From Gammaproteobacteria bacterium (GTDB lineage Bacteria; Pseudomonadota; Gammaproteobacteria; Steroidobacterales; Steroidobacteraceae), in assembly GCA_043744295.1 (NCBI GenBank), contig JAYTUZ010000161.1, positions 34,199 to 98,198 of the forward strand: a stretch of DNA of 64,000 nt. The letters are read 5' to 3'. Position 1 is the stretch's first letter. Each line of letters opens with the position of its first letter. A program made the position numbers and the translations under genes. Positions 37,900 to 50,025 of this stretch are shown piece by piece. A model generated the notes under the pieces. The model saw only the letters and a list, made by a program, of their open reading frames with translations, did not search any database and was not told the origin of the DNA.

Positions 37900-40800
37900 A
37901 TGCTTAGCGTGAAAAATTTCATAGTCAAAGAGGGCGTGGCCATTGTCAGCGAGGTAGGCGCGGCGCTCAACGCCGACTATCTGGCCGAGGAAGTGCCGCT
38001 GGTCAGTGCGCTGGCCAGGGAAGCGCGACTCGACGCGCCCGCACGCGCGCGGGTCGCTGCCCGCGCCCTGCAGCTGGTGGAGGCCGTGCGTACCGGCGCT
38101 GATGAGGCCGCCGGCATCGATGCCTTCCTGCAGACGTACGGTCTCGATTCGCAGGAAGGCGTGCTGCTGCTATGTTTGGCCGAAGCGCTGCTGCGTATTC
38201 CGGATGACGCCACGGCCGATCGCCTGATCGCTGATCGCCTTGGCCGCGGCGATTGGCGCGCGCATCTGAACGACTCCACTTCGTTGTTCGTCAACGCCTC
38301 GACCTGGGGCCTGATGCTGACCGGCGCACTGCTGACCCCGGATGCCGCGCTCAGCCGCGATCCGCAGGGCTGGTTGCGCGCCCTCGTGGGTCGTATCGGT
38401 GAGCCGGTGGCGCGTACCGCGCTGCGCCAGGCCATGCGCATTCTCAGTCAGCAGTTCATTTTTGGCACCGACCTGCATGCGGCGCTGGCCCGGGCGCACG
38501 GCGCGCACGACGGTGTGCGCTATTCCTTCGATATGCTGGGCGAGGCGGCGATGAATACGCGCGATGCGCGGCATCATCTGGAGGCCTATCGCGATGCCGT
38601 AGCGCAGGTCGGGCGCGCGGCGCTGCAGACCGCACGGAACACGGCGCCGCAGGCGCTCCCGCTCGCGGCGCGCAACAGCGTCTCCGTCAAGCTCTCGGCG
38701 CTGCATCCGCGCTACGAACTCGCGCAGCGCGAGCGCGTGCACGCCGAATTGCTGCCGGCCATCGGCGCGCTGCTGGAGCAGGCAGAGCAGGCCGGCATCG
38801 GCCTGACCATCGATGCCGAAGAATGCGAACGCCTGGAATTGTCGCTGCAGTTATTCGAGCGCCTGCTGCTCACGCCGGCGGCCGCGCGCCCCGGCCAGCT
38901 GGGCCTGGCCGTGCAGGCCTATCAGAAGCGTTCCCTGCGGGTCATCGATTGGCTGGTAGGCCGGTTGCGCGCCAGTGGCCGTCAGATCACCCTGCGCCTG
39001 GTGAAAGGCGCGTACTGGGATACCGAGATCAAGCGTGCGCAGCAGTCCGGATTCCACAGCTACCCGGTGTTCACGCGCAAGCAGCATACCGATATTGCCT
39101 ATCTGGCCTGTGCGCGCCGCCTGGCGGCGAGCCGCGATGTGATCAGCGCGCAGTTCGCCACCCACAACGCGCATACCGTGGCCTACGTGGCCGAGCTGTA
39201 CGGCACTGACACCGCCAACTGCGAATTCCAGCGACTGCACGGCATGGGCGAGGCCCTGTATGGCGCGGTGCGCGCGGGCGCCACCGGGGCGCCGCATGCC
39301 TGTCGGGTGTACGCGCCGGTCGGTCCACAATCGGAACTGCTCCCCTACCTGGTGCGCCGGCTGCTGGAGAACGGCGCCAATACTTCCTTCGTGCATCGCG
39401 CTGGCGATCGCGCGCAGGCGGCCGCTGACGTGGTGCGCGATCCCACCGATGCGGTGGCTGGCAGTGAAGCGGGGCATGCCGACGCCGCGGCATTCAGCAC
39501 TACGCTGCCCGAACCGCCGTTCATGTTTGGCGCCGAGCGGCGCAATTCGCCCGGGATCAACCTGCACGACAGCGAGGTTCTGGCTGTGCTGGCGCGCGAA
39601 TGCGCAGCCGCGAGCCGTAGCGAGTGGCTGGCCCGACCCCTGATTGGCGGCCAGGCCACCAGCGGCGCCACCATGGCGATCGCCAACCCGGCCGATCACA
39701 GCGATGTGCTGGGCGAATGCGTGACTGCCACGGTGCCGCAGGTGCAGCAGGCGGCCGAGATCGCAGCGGCAAGCTGGCAGGAATGGGATGCCGCCGGCGG
39801 GAGCGAACGCGCCGCGGTGCTGGAGCGCGCTGCCGATCTGTTTGAACGCGAACGCGCCGGCCTGCTGGCGCGCTGCGTGCGCGAGGCGGGCAAGACCATG
39901 GCCGACAGCGTGTCCGAGTGGCGCGAGGCGATCGATTTCCTGCGCTACTACGCTGCGCAGGCGCGCAGCGAATTTACGCACGAGCGAGTGTTGCCCGGGC
40001 CGGCAGGCGAAACCAATAGTTTGCGGTTGCGCGCGCGCGGCGTATTCGGCTGCATCAGTCCGTGGAATTTTCCGCTGGCCATTTTCACCGGCCAGGTGGC
40101 CGCCGCACTGGCCGCCGGCAACAGCGTGCTGGCAAAGCCCGCGGAACAGACGCCGCTTACTGCCGCATACGCCACGGCATTGTTGCATCAGGCGGGAGTG
40201 CCGGTAAACGTGTTGCAGCTGTTGCCGGGCGACGGCGCGGTCGGCGCCGCGATCACCGGCCTCGAGCCCCTGGCAGGCGTGGCCTTCACCGGCTCCAGCG
40301 AAACAGCGCAGCTGATCGCGCGCAGCCTGGCGGCGCGCACTGGCGCCCTTGGCACGCTGATCGCCGAGACCGGCGGCCAGAATGCGCTGATCGCCGACAG
40401 TTCCGCACTGGTGGAACAGGTGGTGCAGGATCTGCTCGCCTCCTCGTTCAACAGCGCCGGTCAACGCTGCTCCGCGGTGCGGGTGCTGTATGTGCAGGAA
40501 GAACTGGCGCCACGCCTGATCGAAGCGCTGTGCGGCGCCATGGACGAGATGGTGCTGGGCGATCCGGCGCTGCTGAGCACCGACATCGGACCGGTAATCG
40601 ATGCCCAGGCGCTCGCCGCCCTGGAGCTGCACGCGCGGCGCCTGGGGGCCGCAGGGCAGGTGCTCCACCGCGGACCCAGCGCTGCCAGCGGGCTGGCAGG
40701 ATGCTACTTTGCGCCGCTGCTGGCGGAAATATCCGGCATTGCCGAACTCGAGGGCGAGGTGTTCGGGCCAGTGCTGCACCTGGTGCGTTTCCGTGCCAGC

Positions 40801-41103
40801 GACATCGGCCGCGTGGTCGATGACATCAACGCCACCGGTTTCGGCCTCACCCTGGGCGTGCACACGCGTATCGAAACCCGCGGGCTGCAGATCGCGCAGC
40901 GCGCGCGGGTCGGCAATGTCTATATCAATCGCAACACCATCGGCGCGGTGGTCGGGGTGCAGCCCTTTGGCGGCTGTAATCGCTCCGGCACCGGGCCCAA
41001 GGCCGGTGGTCCGCATTACCTGCCGCGCTTCGCCACCGAACAGTGCCTGACCGTGAATACCGCTGCGGTCGGTGGCAACGCCGCGTTGCTGAGTCAGGGT
41101 TAG
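37900..41103 (+). CDS. putA: Bifunctional proline dehydrogenase / L-glutamate gamma-semialdehyde (P5C) dehydrogenase PutA, short form without RHH DNA-binding domain
   Basis: 1067 aa. The N-terminal PRODH barrel region includes VSVKLSAL and [16 protein letters not shown]. The C-terminal ALDH domain has AETGGQNA and [10 protein letters not shown]. The start is either ATG 37900 or in-frame GTG 37909, which has better spacing from the GGAGGG RBS. Confidence 0.92.
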   Translation: MLSVKNFIVKEGVAIVSEVGAALNADYLAEEVPLVSALAREARLDAPARARVAARALQLVEAVRTGADEAAGIDAFLQTYGLDSQEGVLLLCLAEALLRIPDDATADRLIADRLGRGDWRAHLNDSTSLFVNASTWGLMLTGALLTPDAALSRDPQGWLRALVGRIGEPVARTALRQAMRILSQQFIFGTDLHAALARAHGAHDGVRYSFDMLGEAAMNTRDARHHLEAYRDAVAQVGRAALQTARNTAPQALPLAARNSVSVKLSALHPRYELAQRERVHAELLPAIGALLEQAEQAGIGLTIDAEECERLELSLQLFERLLLTPAAARPGQLGLAVQAYQKRSLRVIDWLVGRLRASGRQITLRLVKGAYWDTEIKRAQQSGFHSYPVFTRKQHTDIAYLACARRLAASRDVISAQFATHNAHTVAYVAELYGTDTANCEFQRLHGMGEALYGAVRAGATGAPHACRVYAPVGPQSELLPYLVRRLLENGANTSFVHRAGDRAQAAADVVRDPTDAVAGSEAGHADAAAFSTTLPEPPFMFGAERRNSPGINLHDSEVLAVLARECAAASRSEWLARPLIGGQATSGATMAIANPADHSDVLGECVTATVPQVQQAAEIAAASWQEWDAAGGSERAAVLERAADLFERERAGLLARCVREAGKTMADSVSEWREAIDFLRYYAAQARSEFTHERVLPGPAGETNSLRLRARGVFGCISPWNFPLAIFTGQVAAALAAGNSVLAKPAEQTPLTAAYATALLHQAGVPVNVLQLLPGDGAVGAAITGLEPLAGVAFTGSSETAQLIARSLAARTGALGTLIAETGGQNALIADSSALVEQVVQDLLASSFNSAGQRCSAVRVLYVQEELAPRLIEALCGAMDEMVLGDPALLSTDIGPVIDAQALAALELHARRLGAAGQVLHRGPSAASGLAGCYFAPLLAEISGIAELEGEVFGPVLHLVRFRASDIGRVVDDINATGFGLTLGVHTRIETRGLQIAQRARVGNVYINRNTIGAVVGVQPFGGCNRSGTGPKAGGPHYLPRFATEQCLTVNTAAVGGNAALLSQG

Positions 41104-41133
41104 GCGCTGGTCGGCGCACCGCGCTGGCGCGCC

Positions 41134-43845
41134 TCAGGCGCTGTGCAGCACGCGCGTGATGAGTGTTTCCGTGAGCGGCCGTTCCAGCTTGAGCTTTTCA
41201 AGCAGCACCCGGCAATGACGGGCGCTGACCGGTCGGCTGAAGAAATAGCCCTGCGCGTAGTCGCAACCGCGGACCTGTAGCAGTTGCGCCTGCAGCTGCG
41301 TTTCGACGCCTTCGGCGACGATGGTCATGTTGAGTTTGCGCGCCATGTCGATGACTGCATCGATGATCGAGGTGCGCGCGGCATTCTTGCCCAGGTCGTT
41401 GATGAAACTGCGGTCGATCTTGATCGAGTCAACCGGCAGACGCGCCAGGTAACTCAAGCCTGAATAGCCGGTGCCGAAATCGTCGATCAGCACCTGCGAA
41501 CCGAGTGCCCGCAGGGTTTGCAGCGTACCCACCAGGCCGTCCGGATCTTTGAGCAGGGCGGTTTCAGTAATTTCAAAATGCAACCAGCGCGGATCAACCT
41601 GGTGCTCGGCCGTCAACTGCAGCACCGAGGAGCAGAAGTCAGACTGCTCGAGCTGCACCGGCGAGATGTTGACGGCAATCGGCACCACCGGCACTTCGGC
41701 ATCCTGCCAGGCACGCAGTTGCTGCAGCACGATACGCAGTGCCTGCAGGCCCAGTTCGACCGTCAGGCCGCTGCTGTCAGCCACCGGTATGAACTGGCTC
41801 GGGGGCACCTGGCCCAGGTCCGGATGGCGCCAGCGCATCAGTGCTTCCAGCGATGAGACGCGGCCGGATTTCATGTCAATGACGGGTTGGTACTCCATCG
41901 TGAACTGGTTGGTGCCGATACTGCGCCGCAGCGCCTGTTCCATCGCCACGCTTTCGCTGACGCGCACCAGCATGTCGGGCGAGAACAGGCGATGGCAGCG
42001 TCGCCCGGCAGCCTTGGCCTGATAGAGCGCGATGTCGGCGTGCTTCAGCAGTGATTCCATGTCGAGGCCATCATTGGGAAAAAGCGCCACGCCGAGGCTG
42101 GCCGATACCTCGTGCGGCATGGTCTCGAGGCTGAGCGGCGCCCGTATCGCCGTCTGCAGCCGCTGCGCCAGCGCATCTACTGCCGCCACGTCGGGCAGCA
42201 AGCCCGCGATGATGACGAATTCATCGCCGCCCATGCGAATCACCACGTCTTGCGCGGCCACCGTGGCGCGCAGTCGCTTGGCGACAATCTGCAGCAGTGC
42301 ATCGCCGGCGCCATGTCCGCACGAGTCGTTGATGTTCTTGAAGTGATCGATGTCCAGGTAGATCAGGGCCAGCAGTCGCTCGGAGAGGGCAGCGTGCCGC
42401 AGCGCCCGCGGCAGGCGTGCGCGCAGGTACAGCCGGTTGGGTAGTCCCGTGAGTGCGTCATGCTGCGCAATGTGCACCAGCTTCTTGTGGCTGGCCTGTT
42501 GCTGTCGCTGTGCTTCGCGTCGGTGGCTGACGTCGCGGCCCACCAGGCACCACAGGCTGCGCTGCGCGTCGCTTATGCGGGTGATGGCGACTTCCGCATC
42601 AGTGCTGCCGCCCCCCTGGCTGCACATGCGTGATTCGAGCACCAGGCGTGCGCCGCTGTCGCGCGCTGCCTGCTCGAACGCAGCCGCGCTCAGATCCGGG
42701 TACAGGTCGTATATTGTGCGCGTGCGGATCGCCTCGAGCGTGCAGTCCATGGCACGCAGCACCGCTTCGTTGGCCTCGACAATGCGTCCGCTTTCCGGTT
42801 CGACCAGCGTGATCGCCTCATGGAGCTGCGCAGCAATACGCGTGAAGCGCTGCTCGGCCGCTTCGGTGGCGGCAAAACTGCGCTGCAGGCGTATTGCCAG
42901 CCACAGCACCCAGCCGCTGCCGACCAGCAATAGCAGGGCAATGCTGCCGAGCATCAGGCTCGTGGTGCGCAGTCCGAGCCGATAGATGCTGCGCGCCACA
43001 TCACTGCTGAACAATACCGCCGGACGGCCGTCGAGGTCGCGGGCCAGTGCATAGGCGGTCGCCTGTTCACTGCTGGTGTTCAACACCATGGTGTTGCCGG
43101 CGCCGCGATCATTGATCCAGTGACGCACGGCCGCCGGCAGACCATCGCCCACGGCGCTGGTGTTGCCGGCGCCGAGGGCGTGCAACTGCACCGGCATCTC
43201 CAGCGTATCGCTCATGCGCCCGGCATCGTCGGCATTGATATAACGGGCAAACATCATCAGCGCACCGGTCGGGCCGCTAAAATCGGTGCGACGAATCTGG
43301 TAGACGGTAAAACCCACCGGGCCACGGGCAGTGCTCAACAGACGTTCGGCGGGGCGGCGTTGGCTTATCGCCGGGTCGATGCGCATGGCGCGCCTGAGCT
43401 CGCCGAGCACAGCTGCGGGCGCTGGGGCGCTGAACTCTCTGGCACGCGGGTCGTAGTAGCCGGAATACAGGTCGGCGCCGCTGCGATCTACGATCCACAC
43501 CAGGTCCGCGTGCATGGCGCTCATGGTCTCAGGCGTGAAGTTGCCATCCAGAAAAGTGGGGTTGGCGCCAGTCGCGAAATCGGCCGCGCTGTCCCACTCG
43601 GCGTAATCGCGAGTGATTATGGCGAGCTGTCGCAGTTCGGTATTCAGGGCCTGAAGGAGCTGGCGTGCCTTCAGCTCGGTAGCGGAGGCTTCGATGACCA
43701 CAAAGCTGTCGGTCAGGAAGTGTGAGGCGAGCAGCAGACTGGCTCCCAGAGCCAGCAATAGGCCAATGGCGGCAGCCAGCAGTCGCCGTCGCTGGCGTCG
43801 GGCAGCAGTGCCCGCAGCTTTGGATTCATCCGCCTTGGTGCTCAC
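41134..43845 (-). CDS. Sensor diguanylate cyclase/phosphodiesterase (CHASE4-like periplasmic domain, PAS, GGDEF, EAL)
   Basis: 903 aa. Two TM segments flank a ~250-aa domain (ITRDYAEWDSAADF, CHASE4-like). A PAS region follows. GGDEF site RMGGDEFVII. EAL domain with EALMRW, NISPVQL, EITE and DDFGTGYSGLSYL. Confidence 0.9.
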   Translation of the reverse strand: MSTKADESKAAGTAARRQRRRLLAAAIGLLLALGASLLLASHFLTDSFVVIEASATELKARQLLQALNTELRQLAIITRDYAEWDSAADFATGANPTFLDGNFTPETMSAMHADLVWIVDRSGADLYSGYYDPRAREFSAPAPAAVLGELRRAMRIDPAISQRRPAERLLSTARGPVGFTVYQIRRTDFSGPTGALMMFARYINADDAGRMSDTLEMPVQLHALGAGNTSAVGDGLPAAVRHWINDRGAGNTMVLNTSSEQATAYALARDLDGRPAVLFSSDVARSIYRLGLRTTSLMLGSIALLLLVGSGWVLWLAIRLQRSFAATEAAEQRFTRIAAQLHEAITLVEPESGRIVEANEAVLRAMDCTLEAIRTRTIYDLYPDLSAAAFEQAARDSGARLVLESRMCSQGGGSTDAEVAITRISDAQRSLWCLVGRDVSHRREAQRQQQASHKKLVHIAQHDALTGLPNRLYLRARLPRALRHAALSERLLALIYLDIDHFKNINDSCGHGAGDALLQIVAKRLRATVAAQDVVIRMGGDEFVIIAGLLPDVAAVDALAQRLQTAIRAPLSLETMPHEVSASLGVALFPNDGLDMESLLKHADIALYQAKAAGRRCHRLFSPDMLVRVSESVAMEQALRRSIGTNQFTMEYQPVIDMKSGRVSSLEALMRWRHPDLGQVPPSQFIPVADSSGLTVELGLQALRIVLQQLRAWQDAEVPVVPIAVNISPVQLEQSDFCSSVLQLTAEHQVDPRWLHFEITETALLKDPDGLVGTLQTLRALGSQVLIDDFGTGYSGLSYLARLPVDSIKIDRSFINDLGKNAARTSIIDAVIDMARKLNMTIVAEGVETQLQAQLLQVRGCDYAQGYFFSRPVSARHCRVLLEKLKLERPLTETLITRVLHSA

Positions 43846-43974
43846 TCGTCAAGTATCGACGCGCACCAGCTGTTTAGGGAGTGCATGGCCTCAGCACCGC
43901 AGGTGAAATGCGCGGCGCATCACACTCTGCGTCTGGCGCTCGGGCCGGGGCGCTGGGTGGCCACGGCCCCAGGC

Positions 43975-44475
43975 CTATTTTGCAGGCAGCGCCGGGCGGC
44001 TGTAGGTCGCGGTGAAGCTCGCTTTGGCCAGCATGTTGGCGTTCAGGTTGAAGCCTATCAGCGCGCTGCTGGCACTGGCGGGTAGCTCGAGCCGCGCTAT
44101 CTTCAAGGCGAACACGGTAAATACATAGTGGTGTGGGCTGCTGCCGGGCGGCGGACATGGGCCGCCGTAGCCCCGTTGCGAGTAGTCGTTCATACCCTGT
44201 GCCGCGCCGGCCGGGAGTGGCGCGCTGCCGCTGCCAGCGCCGCGCGGCAGTTGCGAAGCCGCTGCCGGAATATTGTAGGCCAACCAGTGCCACCAGCCGC
44301 TGCCGGTAGGCGCGTCCGGGTCGTAGGCAGTAATCGCATAGGCCATGGTGCCAGCCGGAGCGCCGCTCCAGCGCAGTTCCGGTGAAACATTGCCGCCACC
44401 GCAGGCCTCGTAGACATAGGGTGCACTGATGGTGCTGTGGGCCGCGATATCGGGGCTGCTGAGCATGAAAGCCAT
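43975..44475 (-). CDS. YbhB/YbcL family Raf-kinase-inhibitor-like (PEBP) protein
   Basis: 166 aa from ATG 44475. Motifs AYDPDAPTGSGWWHW and GYGGPCPPPGSSPHHYVFTVFAL. Confidence 0.88.
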   Translation of the reverse strand: MAFMLSSPDIAAHSTISAPYVYEACGGGNVSPELRWSGAPAGTMAYAITAYDPDAPTGSGWWHWLAYNIPAAASQLPRGAGSGSAPLPAGAAQGMNDYSQRGYGGPCPPPGSSPHHYVFTVFALKIARLELPASASSALIGFNLNANMLAKASFTATYSRPALPAK

Positions 44476-44486
44476 GGCGGTCTCCC

Positions 44487-45398
44487 TTAGTGGTTGGGGG
44501 CCGGGGCGCTGCGCACCGGCAACGGGACATTGCACAGTTCGATGTAGCCGGCTGGCCGCAGGTACCAGTCATCGTGACGATTGCGACGCGCAGCGACCAG
44601 CGCGGTAAAGGTCGGCGAATCGCTGCGCAGTACTTCAAGGCGTAGTCGCTGCGCCAGCGGCAGTTCACTCGCCAGCTGCGTGCTGCTGATCGTCACGCGC
44701 TGCGCTGGCCTGTCGTAGAAACCCATCGCAGCCGTGCCGCGTGGCAGGCTGGAGAGCAGTTCAATGCCCTGGCGTACGTTCCCGACCACAGTGACGTTGC
44801 GATCGAGATGGCGCGGCGCGTTGCCGATCACGGCATACAGTTCGCTGCCATTGCCACTGGCCGGATCATTGTCGCGCCCGACGCCGACCGCGCCGTAGCA
44901 ATGCGTCAGCCATGCCAGGCCCGCGGCGGGATCGCGTGCCGCTGCAAAGCTGTCTACGAAACCGACCTGCGGGGCGTAGCCATCGTGATCGGGCAGCAGC
45001 GTGAAGGCTGCGGCCCCCAGCGGCACGGCAAACTCCGGCGCGAGCTTCTGCATGTTGTCCGGTACCCTGCGCGCAGCGTCGGGATCGCCCCACTGCGCCA
45101 CGTAGTTGTCCTGCACGCGCAGTATCGACAGGCCGTCAAAGTAATGCAGGCGCACCAGGGCCTCGATGTTGGCGACCGTGCGTGGCGCCAGCGCCGGCAG
45201 CAGTTCGATGACGACGCGGCCGCCGGGCAGATCCATATAGAGCGTGTGTTGATCGTCGAGCGCGCGCCAGTCACTGGCCGGCGAGGCGGCCAGAATTTCC
45301 GCCACGGACCGCGTCGGCGCGCCGGTGCTGTCACATATGCCGGGCGTCGCTGCCAGCAGCAGGATGATCGTGGCAAGGAGTGGTCTTGACGTGCGCAT
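44487..45398 (-). CDS. Secreted cyclophilin-like peptidyl-prolyl isomerase family protein
   Basis: ATG 45398 with signal peptide [20 protein letters not shown]. Cyclophilin-like core: [34 protein letters not shown]...YVAQWG. The sequence is divergent, so activity is uncertain. Confidence 0.7.
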   Translation of the reverse strand: MRTSRPLLATIILLLAATPGICDSTGAPTRSVAEILAASPASDWRALDDQHTLYMDLPGGRVVIELLPALAPRTVANIEALVRLHYFDGLSILRVQDNYVAQWGDPDAARRVPDNMQKLAPEFAVPLGAAAFTLLPDHDGYAPQVGFVDSFAAARDPAAGLAWLTHCYGAVGVGRDNDPASGNGSELYAVIGNAPRHLDRNVTVVGNVRQGIELLSSLPRGTAAMGFYDRPAQRVTISSTQLASELPLAQRLRLEVLRSDSPTFTALVAARRNRHDDWYLRPAGYIELCNVPLPVRSAPAPNH

Positions 45399-45448
45399 GA
45401 GCAGTGGCCTCCGGCCAGACGGTCGGCGGCATTCTGACCCATCCGGTC

Positions 45449-45480
45449 GCCCGCCTGCAAAACTGGTTTTGCAGGCGGGC
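45449..45480. promoter_or_regulatory. Perfect 32-bp palindrome (15-bp arms, 2-bp spacer) in the divergent cyclophilin/dctA control region; candidate operator or 5'-UTR hairpin
   Basis: GCCCGCCTGCAAAAC-TG-GTTTTGCAGGCGGGC with arms exactly reverse-complementary. It lies 38 nt upstream of the dctA ATG (45518) and 51 nt upstream of the cyclophilin-like gene start (45398). Confidence 0.5.
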
Positions 45481-45517
45481 AATTGCGCATACTCTGCGGG
45501 TTGCCGGGGAGAGTGAT

Positions 45518-46815
<1,298 letters not shown>

Positions 46816-46819
<4 letters not shown>

Positions 46820-47550
46820 ACGCGCGCGAGTTGCTGCTGCTGTATCGCGCCACACTGGGGCGCGGCTGGCTGCCGGCCGTGTTGCTGGCGATTCTGACGA
46901 CTGCTCTTCTGGATCGCCTGATGGCCGCGCTACCCGACCCGCTGGCGCCAGACGGACTCGAGCGACTGGCGCAATTCTTGAGCTCGGCGATCCTGTGGCG
47001 CTCGGCGCTGGCCGTGTCGCTGCTATCGCTGTGGCCAGTGTGTGCGCTGGTGCTGTGCGCTGATGCCAGTGTGCGTGGCGTAGCACCACCGGCAGCCGGC
47101 GGACTGCTGGTGGCATTGAGGATCTACCCGCGCGCACTGCTGGCAGGCCTGCTGTTTGCCGCCGTGGTTATGGCCGGGCTGACGCTGCTGCTGATTCCCG
47201 GGATCTACCTGGCTGGCGCGCTGCAGTTATGGATGGTGGCGTTGCTGCTGCAGCGAGTCGGCGCCTGGCAGTCGCTGCGCACCAGCTGGCAGCTGGTGCG
47301 CCATCGATGGTGGCGCAGCAACACACAGGTCGCGCTCATCCTGCTGGGCGGCCTGGGCGCAGCCGCGTTGCTGAGCCTGATCGCGGGTGTCGTGGTTCAG
47401 CTGCTGGACGCGGCCCTGCACCCTGATCCGGCACTGCAGCATGCCGCCGCGTTGACTGTATCGCTGCTCGTCAACTTCGTCGCCGCGCCCGCTTATTCCG
47501 TCGCCCTGCTGGTCAGTTACCGGGATCTGCAGCACGCGCCTGGCAGTTGA
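46816..47550 (+). CDS. Polytopic membrane protein, YciC/UPF0259-like
   Basis: The ATG overlaps the dctA stop (ATGA). 244 aa. [45 protein letters not shown] resembles the YciC-family core (VVPGII...V.....G.F.S.R.S..L). The family assignment is tentative. Confidence 0.65.
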
Positions 47551-47581
47551 CATTTGGCAGCATCGGTATTCTCCTTCTGCC

Positions 47582-47983
47582 ATGGGCGGCGTGAAATCCC
47601 TGGTTCTGGCAGTCCCCTGCACGGTGCTGGCGGCTTGTGCCGCCAACGTCCGCCCCAATGCGCCCGCGCCACCGATAGTCGTGACACCGATCAATGTCAC
47701 GACCACGTACATCGCCAGCCTTGGGCACCATTACGCCCGTGGTCAATATGCGGTGGTGCAGGTTTGCGTGACCGCCGATGGCGCTATTGCCAGTACGCGC
47801 ATCGTGGTGTCGTCCACACAAAAGAATTTCGACGATTCGGCGCTCGGCTGGGCGCGGCAGGCACGCTACCAGCCGCAACTTGAAAACGGCAAGGCCGTGT
47901 ATGGCTGCCAGGAAGTTCGCGTGGAAATCAACTTGCGCCGTGACCACAGCGTCGGCCAGGGCGCCGATAGCGCGCTGGGCTAG
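47582..47983 (+). CDS. Lipoprotein consisting of a TonB C-terminal-like domain
   Basis: 133 aa with lipobox VLAAC. The C-terminal segment YARGQYAVVQVCVTADGAIASTRIVVSSTQKNFDDSALGWARQARYQP resembles the TonB_C fold. It has no TonB N-terminal TM or Pro-rich spacer. It overlaps the GH97 gene end by 4 nt (convergent). Confidence 0.65.
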   Translation: MGGVKSLVLAVPCTVLAACAANVRPNAPAPPIVVTPINVTTTYIASLGHHYARGQYAVVQVCVTADGAIASTRIVVSSTQKNFDDSALGWARQARYQPQLENGKAVYGCQEVRVEINLRRDHSVGQGADSALG

Positions 47984-50025
47984 CCGCGACTCCTCGGGCC
48001 GGCCAGCAGCCTTATGGCCTCGCCGCCGCCGGGAGCGAGTTTCAGTGTCAGGTGCTCACCGCGGCGTACCTGGCGTGATTCAATGACAATGGCATGCGGC
48101 TTGGTGCGCCAGTCGGCGTCATCGGCGTCGCGGTAGATCTGCGCCTGGTAATCGCGTCCGGCGTCCAGGAAATCCAGAACGACATCGAGCGTGCGGGCAT
48201 TCTCATCGGTCACGCTGCCGATGTACCAGTTGTCGCTGTTGCGATCCAGGCGGGCGATGGTGGCGTAATCGCCCACTTCGCCGTTGAGCACGCGGGTGTC
48301 CGACCAGTCGGCCGGCACGTCCTTGATGAACTGAAACGGCCCCGGGTACCTGGCGTAGTTCTCCGGCAGATCGGCCGCCATCTGTATCGGGCTATAGATG
48401 ATGACGTAGTTCGCCAGCTGTTTGGCGATCGTCGATTGTATGGCCTGGCCGTTCTTGCCAACCAGGCTCAGCACGCCGGGCGTGAAATCAAAGGGGCCGG
48501 CGAGCATGCGTGTGAACACCAGATTGGCTTCGTGCTCCGGCGGATTGGGTGGGTTGCCCCAGGCGTTGTATTCCATGCCGCGCGCGCCCTCACGCGCCAC
48601 CCAGTTCGGATAGCTGCGGCGTAGTCCGGTGTCCTTGATGGGCTCGTGCGCGTTGATGGCAATGTGGCGCCTGGCCGCCTCGATGACCACATGAAGATGA
48701 TGGCGCGACATGACCTGGCCGTCGTGCCACTCATAGTGAATCCTGCCATCGCTCCCCATGGCCTTGACGCCGCCGGCGTCGGCGACGTATCCGGTCTTGA
48801 CGCTGTCAACGCCGAGTCGCGCGTACAGATCAAGCGCGTCGCCGAGCTGTGGCTCGTAGTTGGCAATATTGGCCGAAGTCTCGTGATGGCCAATCAGGTG
48901 TACGCCTTTCTGGCGTGCGTAGTCGGTCACGGCCTTGAGATCAAAATCAGGATAGGGCCTGGTGAAGCTGAAGCTCTCGCCGTTGGCGAACCAGTCGCCG
49001 TCCCAGCCTTCGTTCCAGCCTTCGATCAATACGCCGCGAAAGCCATTGTTGGCCGCGAAATCGATATAGCGCCTGGCGTTGGCGGTGGTGGCGCCATGAT
49101 GCGGGCCCGAGCTCCAGCTGGAAGTGCCCAGGTGCATCTCCCACCAGATGCCCACGTATTTGTAGGGCTTGAACCAGGAGACATCGCCGAGCTTGTTGGG
49201 TTCGTTGAGATTCAGGATCAGGTCCGACATATACAGTCCGGCGGCATTGTCGGCGATCTGCAGCGTGCGCCATGGGGTCGTAAACGGCGCCGTGCGCTGC
49301 ACCGGCGGGCCGGCAGAAGAGGGTGACAACAGCGCCTTGAGTCGCTGCGCATCGACGCGCCGCAGCCATATCGAGGCGTAGTCGACCAGCGCGGCTTCAT
49401 GGATGGCAATGTGCAGGCCGCTGGCCGCCTTCAGCGTCACCGGCGTGTGCGCCTGGCTCAGCTCATTGAGTGGCGTCCTGCGGTACAGATACTCGTAGCG
49501 ATTCCATTCACCGCCCGGTTCCCACCACGCGGTTGCCGGCTCGGCAATGGCAAATTCGGTCAACTCGGCCACGATATTGACGGCGTGCAGTTGCGCCTGG
49601 TCAGGAAACTCGTAGCGAAATCCCACACCGTCGTCATAGACGCGGAATACGATATCGAGGCTGCGCCGCAGGCGGTTGCTCTCGGTCAGGCGGGTACGCA
49701 GCTCGTTGTAGTGATTGTGCACGAAACGCCGCTCGCCCCAGGGTTGCTCCCAGGTCTCGTCGTAACTGCGGGTGCTGGAGGCGGCCAGAGCAAAATTACG
49801 CTCCAGTTTTGGAGCATCGGCGAGGATGAATCCGAGCCTCGAATCCTCGACTACCGGCGCGCCACGCCTCGCTATGCTATAGCCCGGTCGGCCATCGCTG
49901 TCCAGCGTCAACGCCACTGTGAGCACGCCACCAGGTGAAGCGACGGTGGCCACGTTCGCTGCGTTTGCAGCGGCCGCGCCCAGTGCGAGCATCAGTGCGG
50001 CCAGCAGACGGTGCAGGTTTTTCAT
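47980..50025 (-). CDS. Glycoside hydrolase family 97 (alpha-glucosidase type)
   Basis: 681 aa with a signal peptide. The sequence pattern (VGIWWEMH, GVDSVKTGYV, EPIKDTGLRRSYPNW, REGARGMEYNAWG) matches the GH97 SusB-like family. The start overlaps the GH13 stop by 4 nt. Confidence 0.85.
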   Translation of the reverse strand: MKNLHRLLAALMLALGAAAANAANVATVASPGGVLTVALTLDSDGRPGYSIARRGAPVVEDSRLGFILADAPKLERNFALAASSTRSYDETWEQPWGERRFVHNHYNELRTRLTESNRLRRSLDIVFRVYDDGVGFRYEFPDQAQLHAVNIVAELTEFAIAEPATAWWEPGGEWNRYEYLYRRTPLNELSQAHTPVTLKAASGLHIAIHEAALVDYASIWLRRVDAQRLKALLSPSSAGPPVQRTAPFTTPWRTLQIADNAAGLYMSDLILNLNEPNKLGDVSWFKPYKYVGIWWEMHLGTSSWSSGPHHGATTANARRYIDFAANNGFRGVLIEGWNEGWDGDWFANGESFSFTRPYPDFDLKAVTDYARQKGVHLIGHHETSANIANYEPQLGDALDLYARLGVDSVKTGYVADAGGVKAMGSDGRIHYEWHDGQVMSRHHLHVVIEAARRHIAINAHEPIKDTGLRRSYPNWVAREGARGMEYNAWGNPPNPPEHEANLVFTRMLAGPFDFTPGVLSLVGKNGQAIQSTIAKQLANYVIIYSPIQMAADLPENYARYPGPFQFIKDVPADWSDTRVLNGEVGDYATIARLDRNSDNWYIGSVTDENARTLDVVLDFLDAGRDYQAQIYRDADDADWRTKPHAIVIESRQVRRGEHLTLKLAPGGGEAIRLLAGPRSRG

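Noticed and set aside
38851-41016. 721-aa ORF on the minus strand
   Set aside because: It is an antisense shadow of putA.
45464-45486. Possible sigma-54 promoter (TGG...TTGC) upstream of dctA, as in DctBD-controlled systems
   Set aside because: GG and GC elements are present, but the spacing is one nucleotide off the TGGCAC-N5-TTGC consensus and the -24 box is poor. No dctB/dctD genes are nearby.
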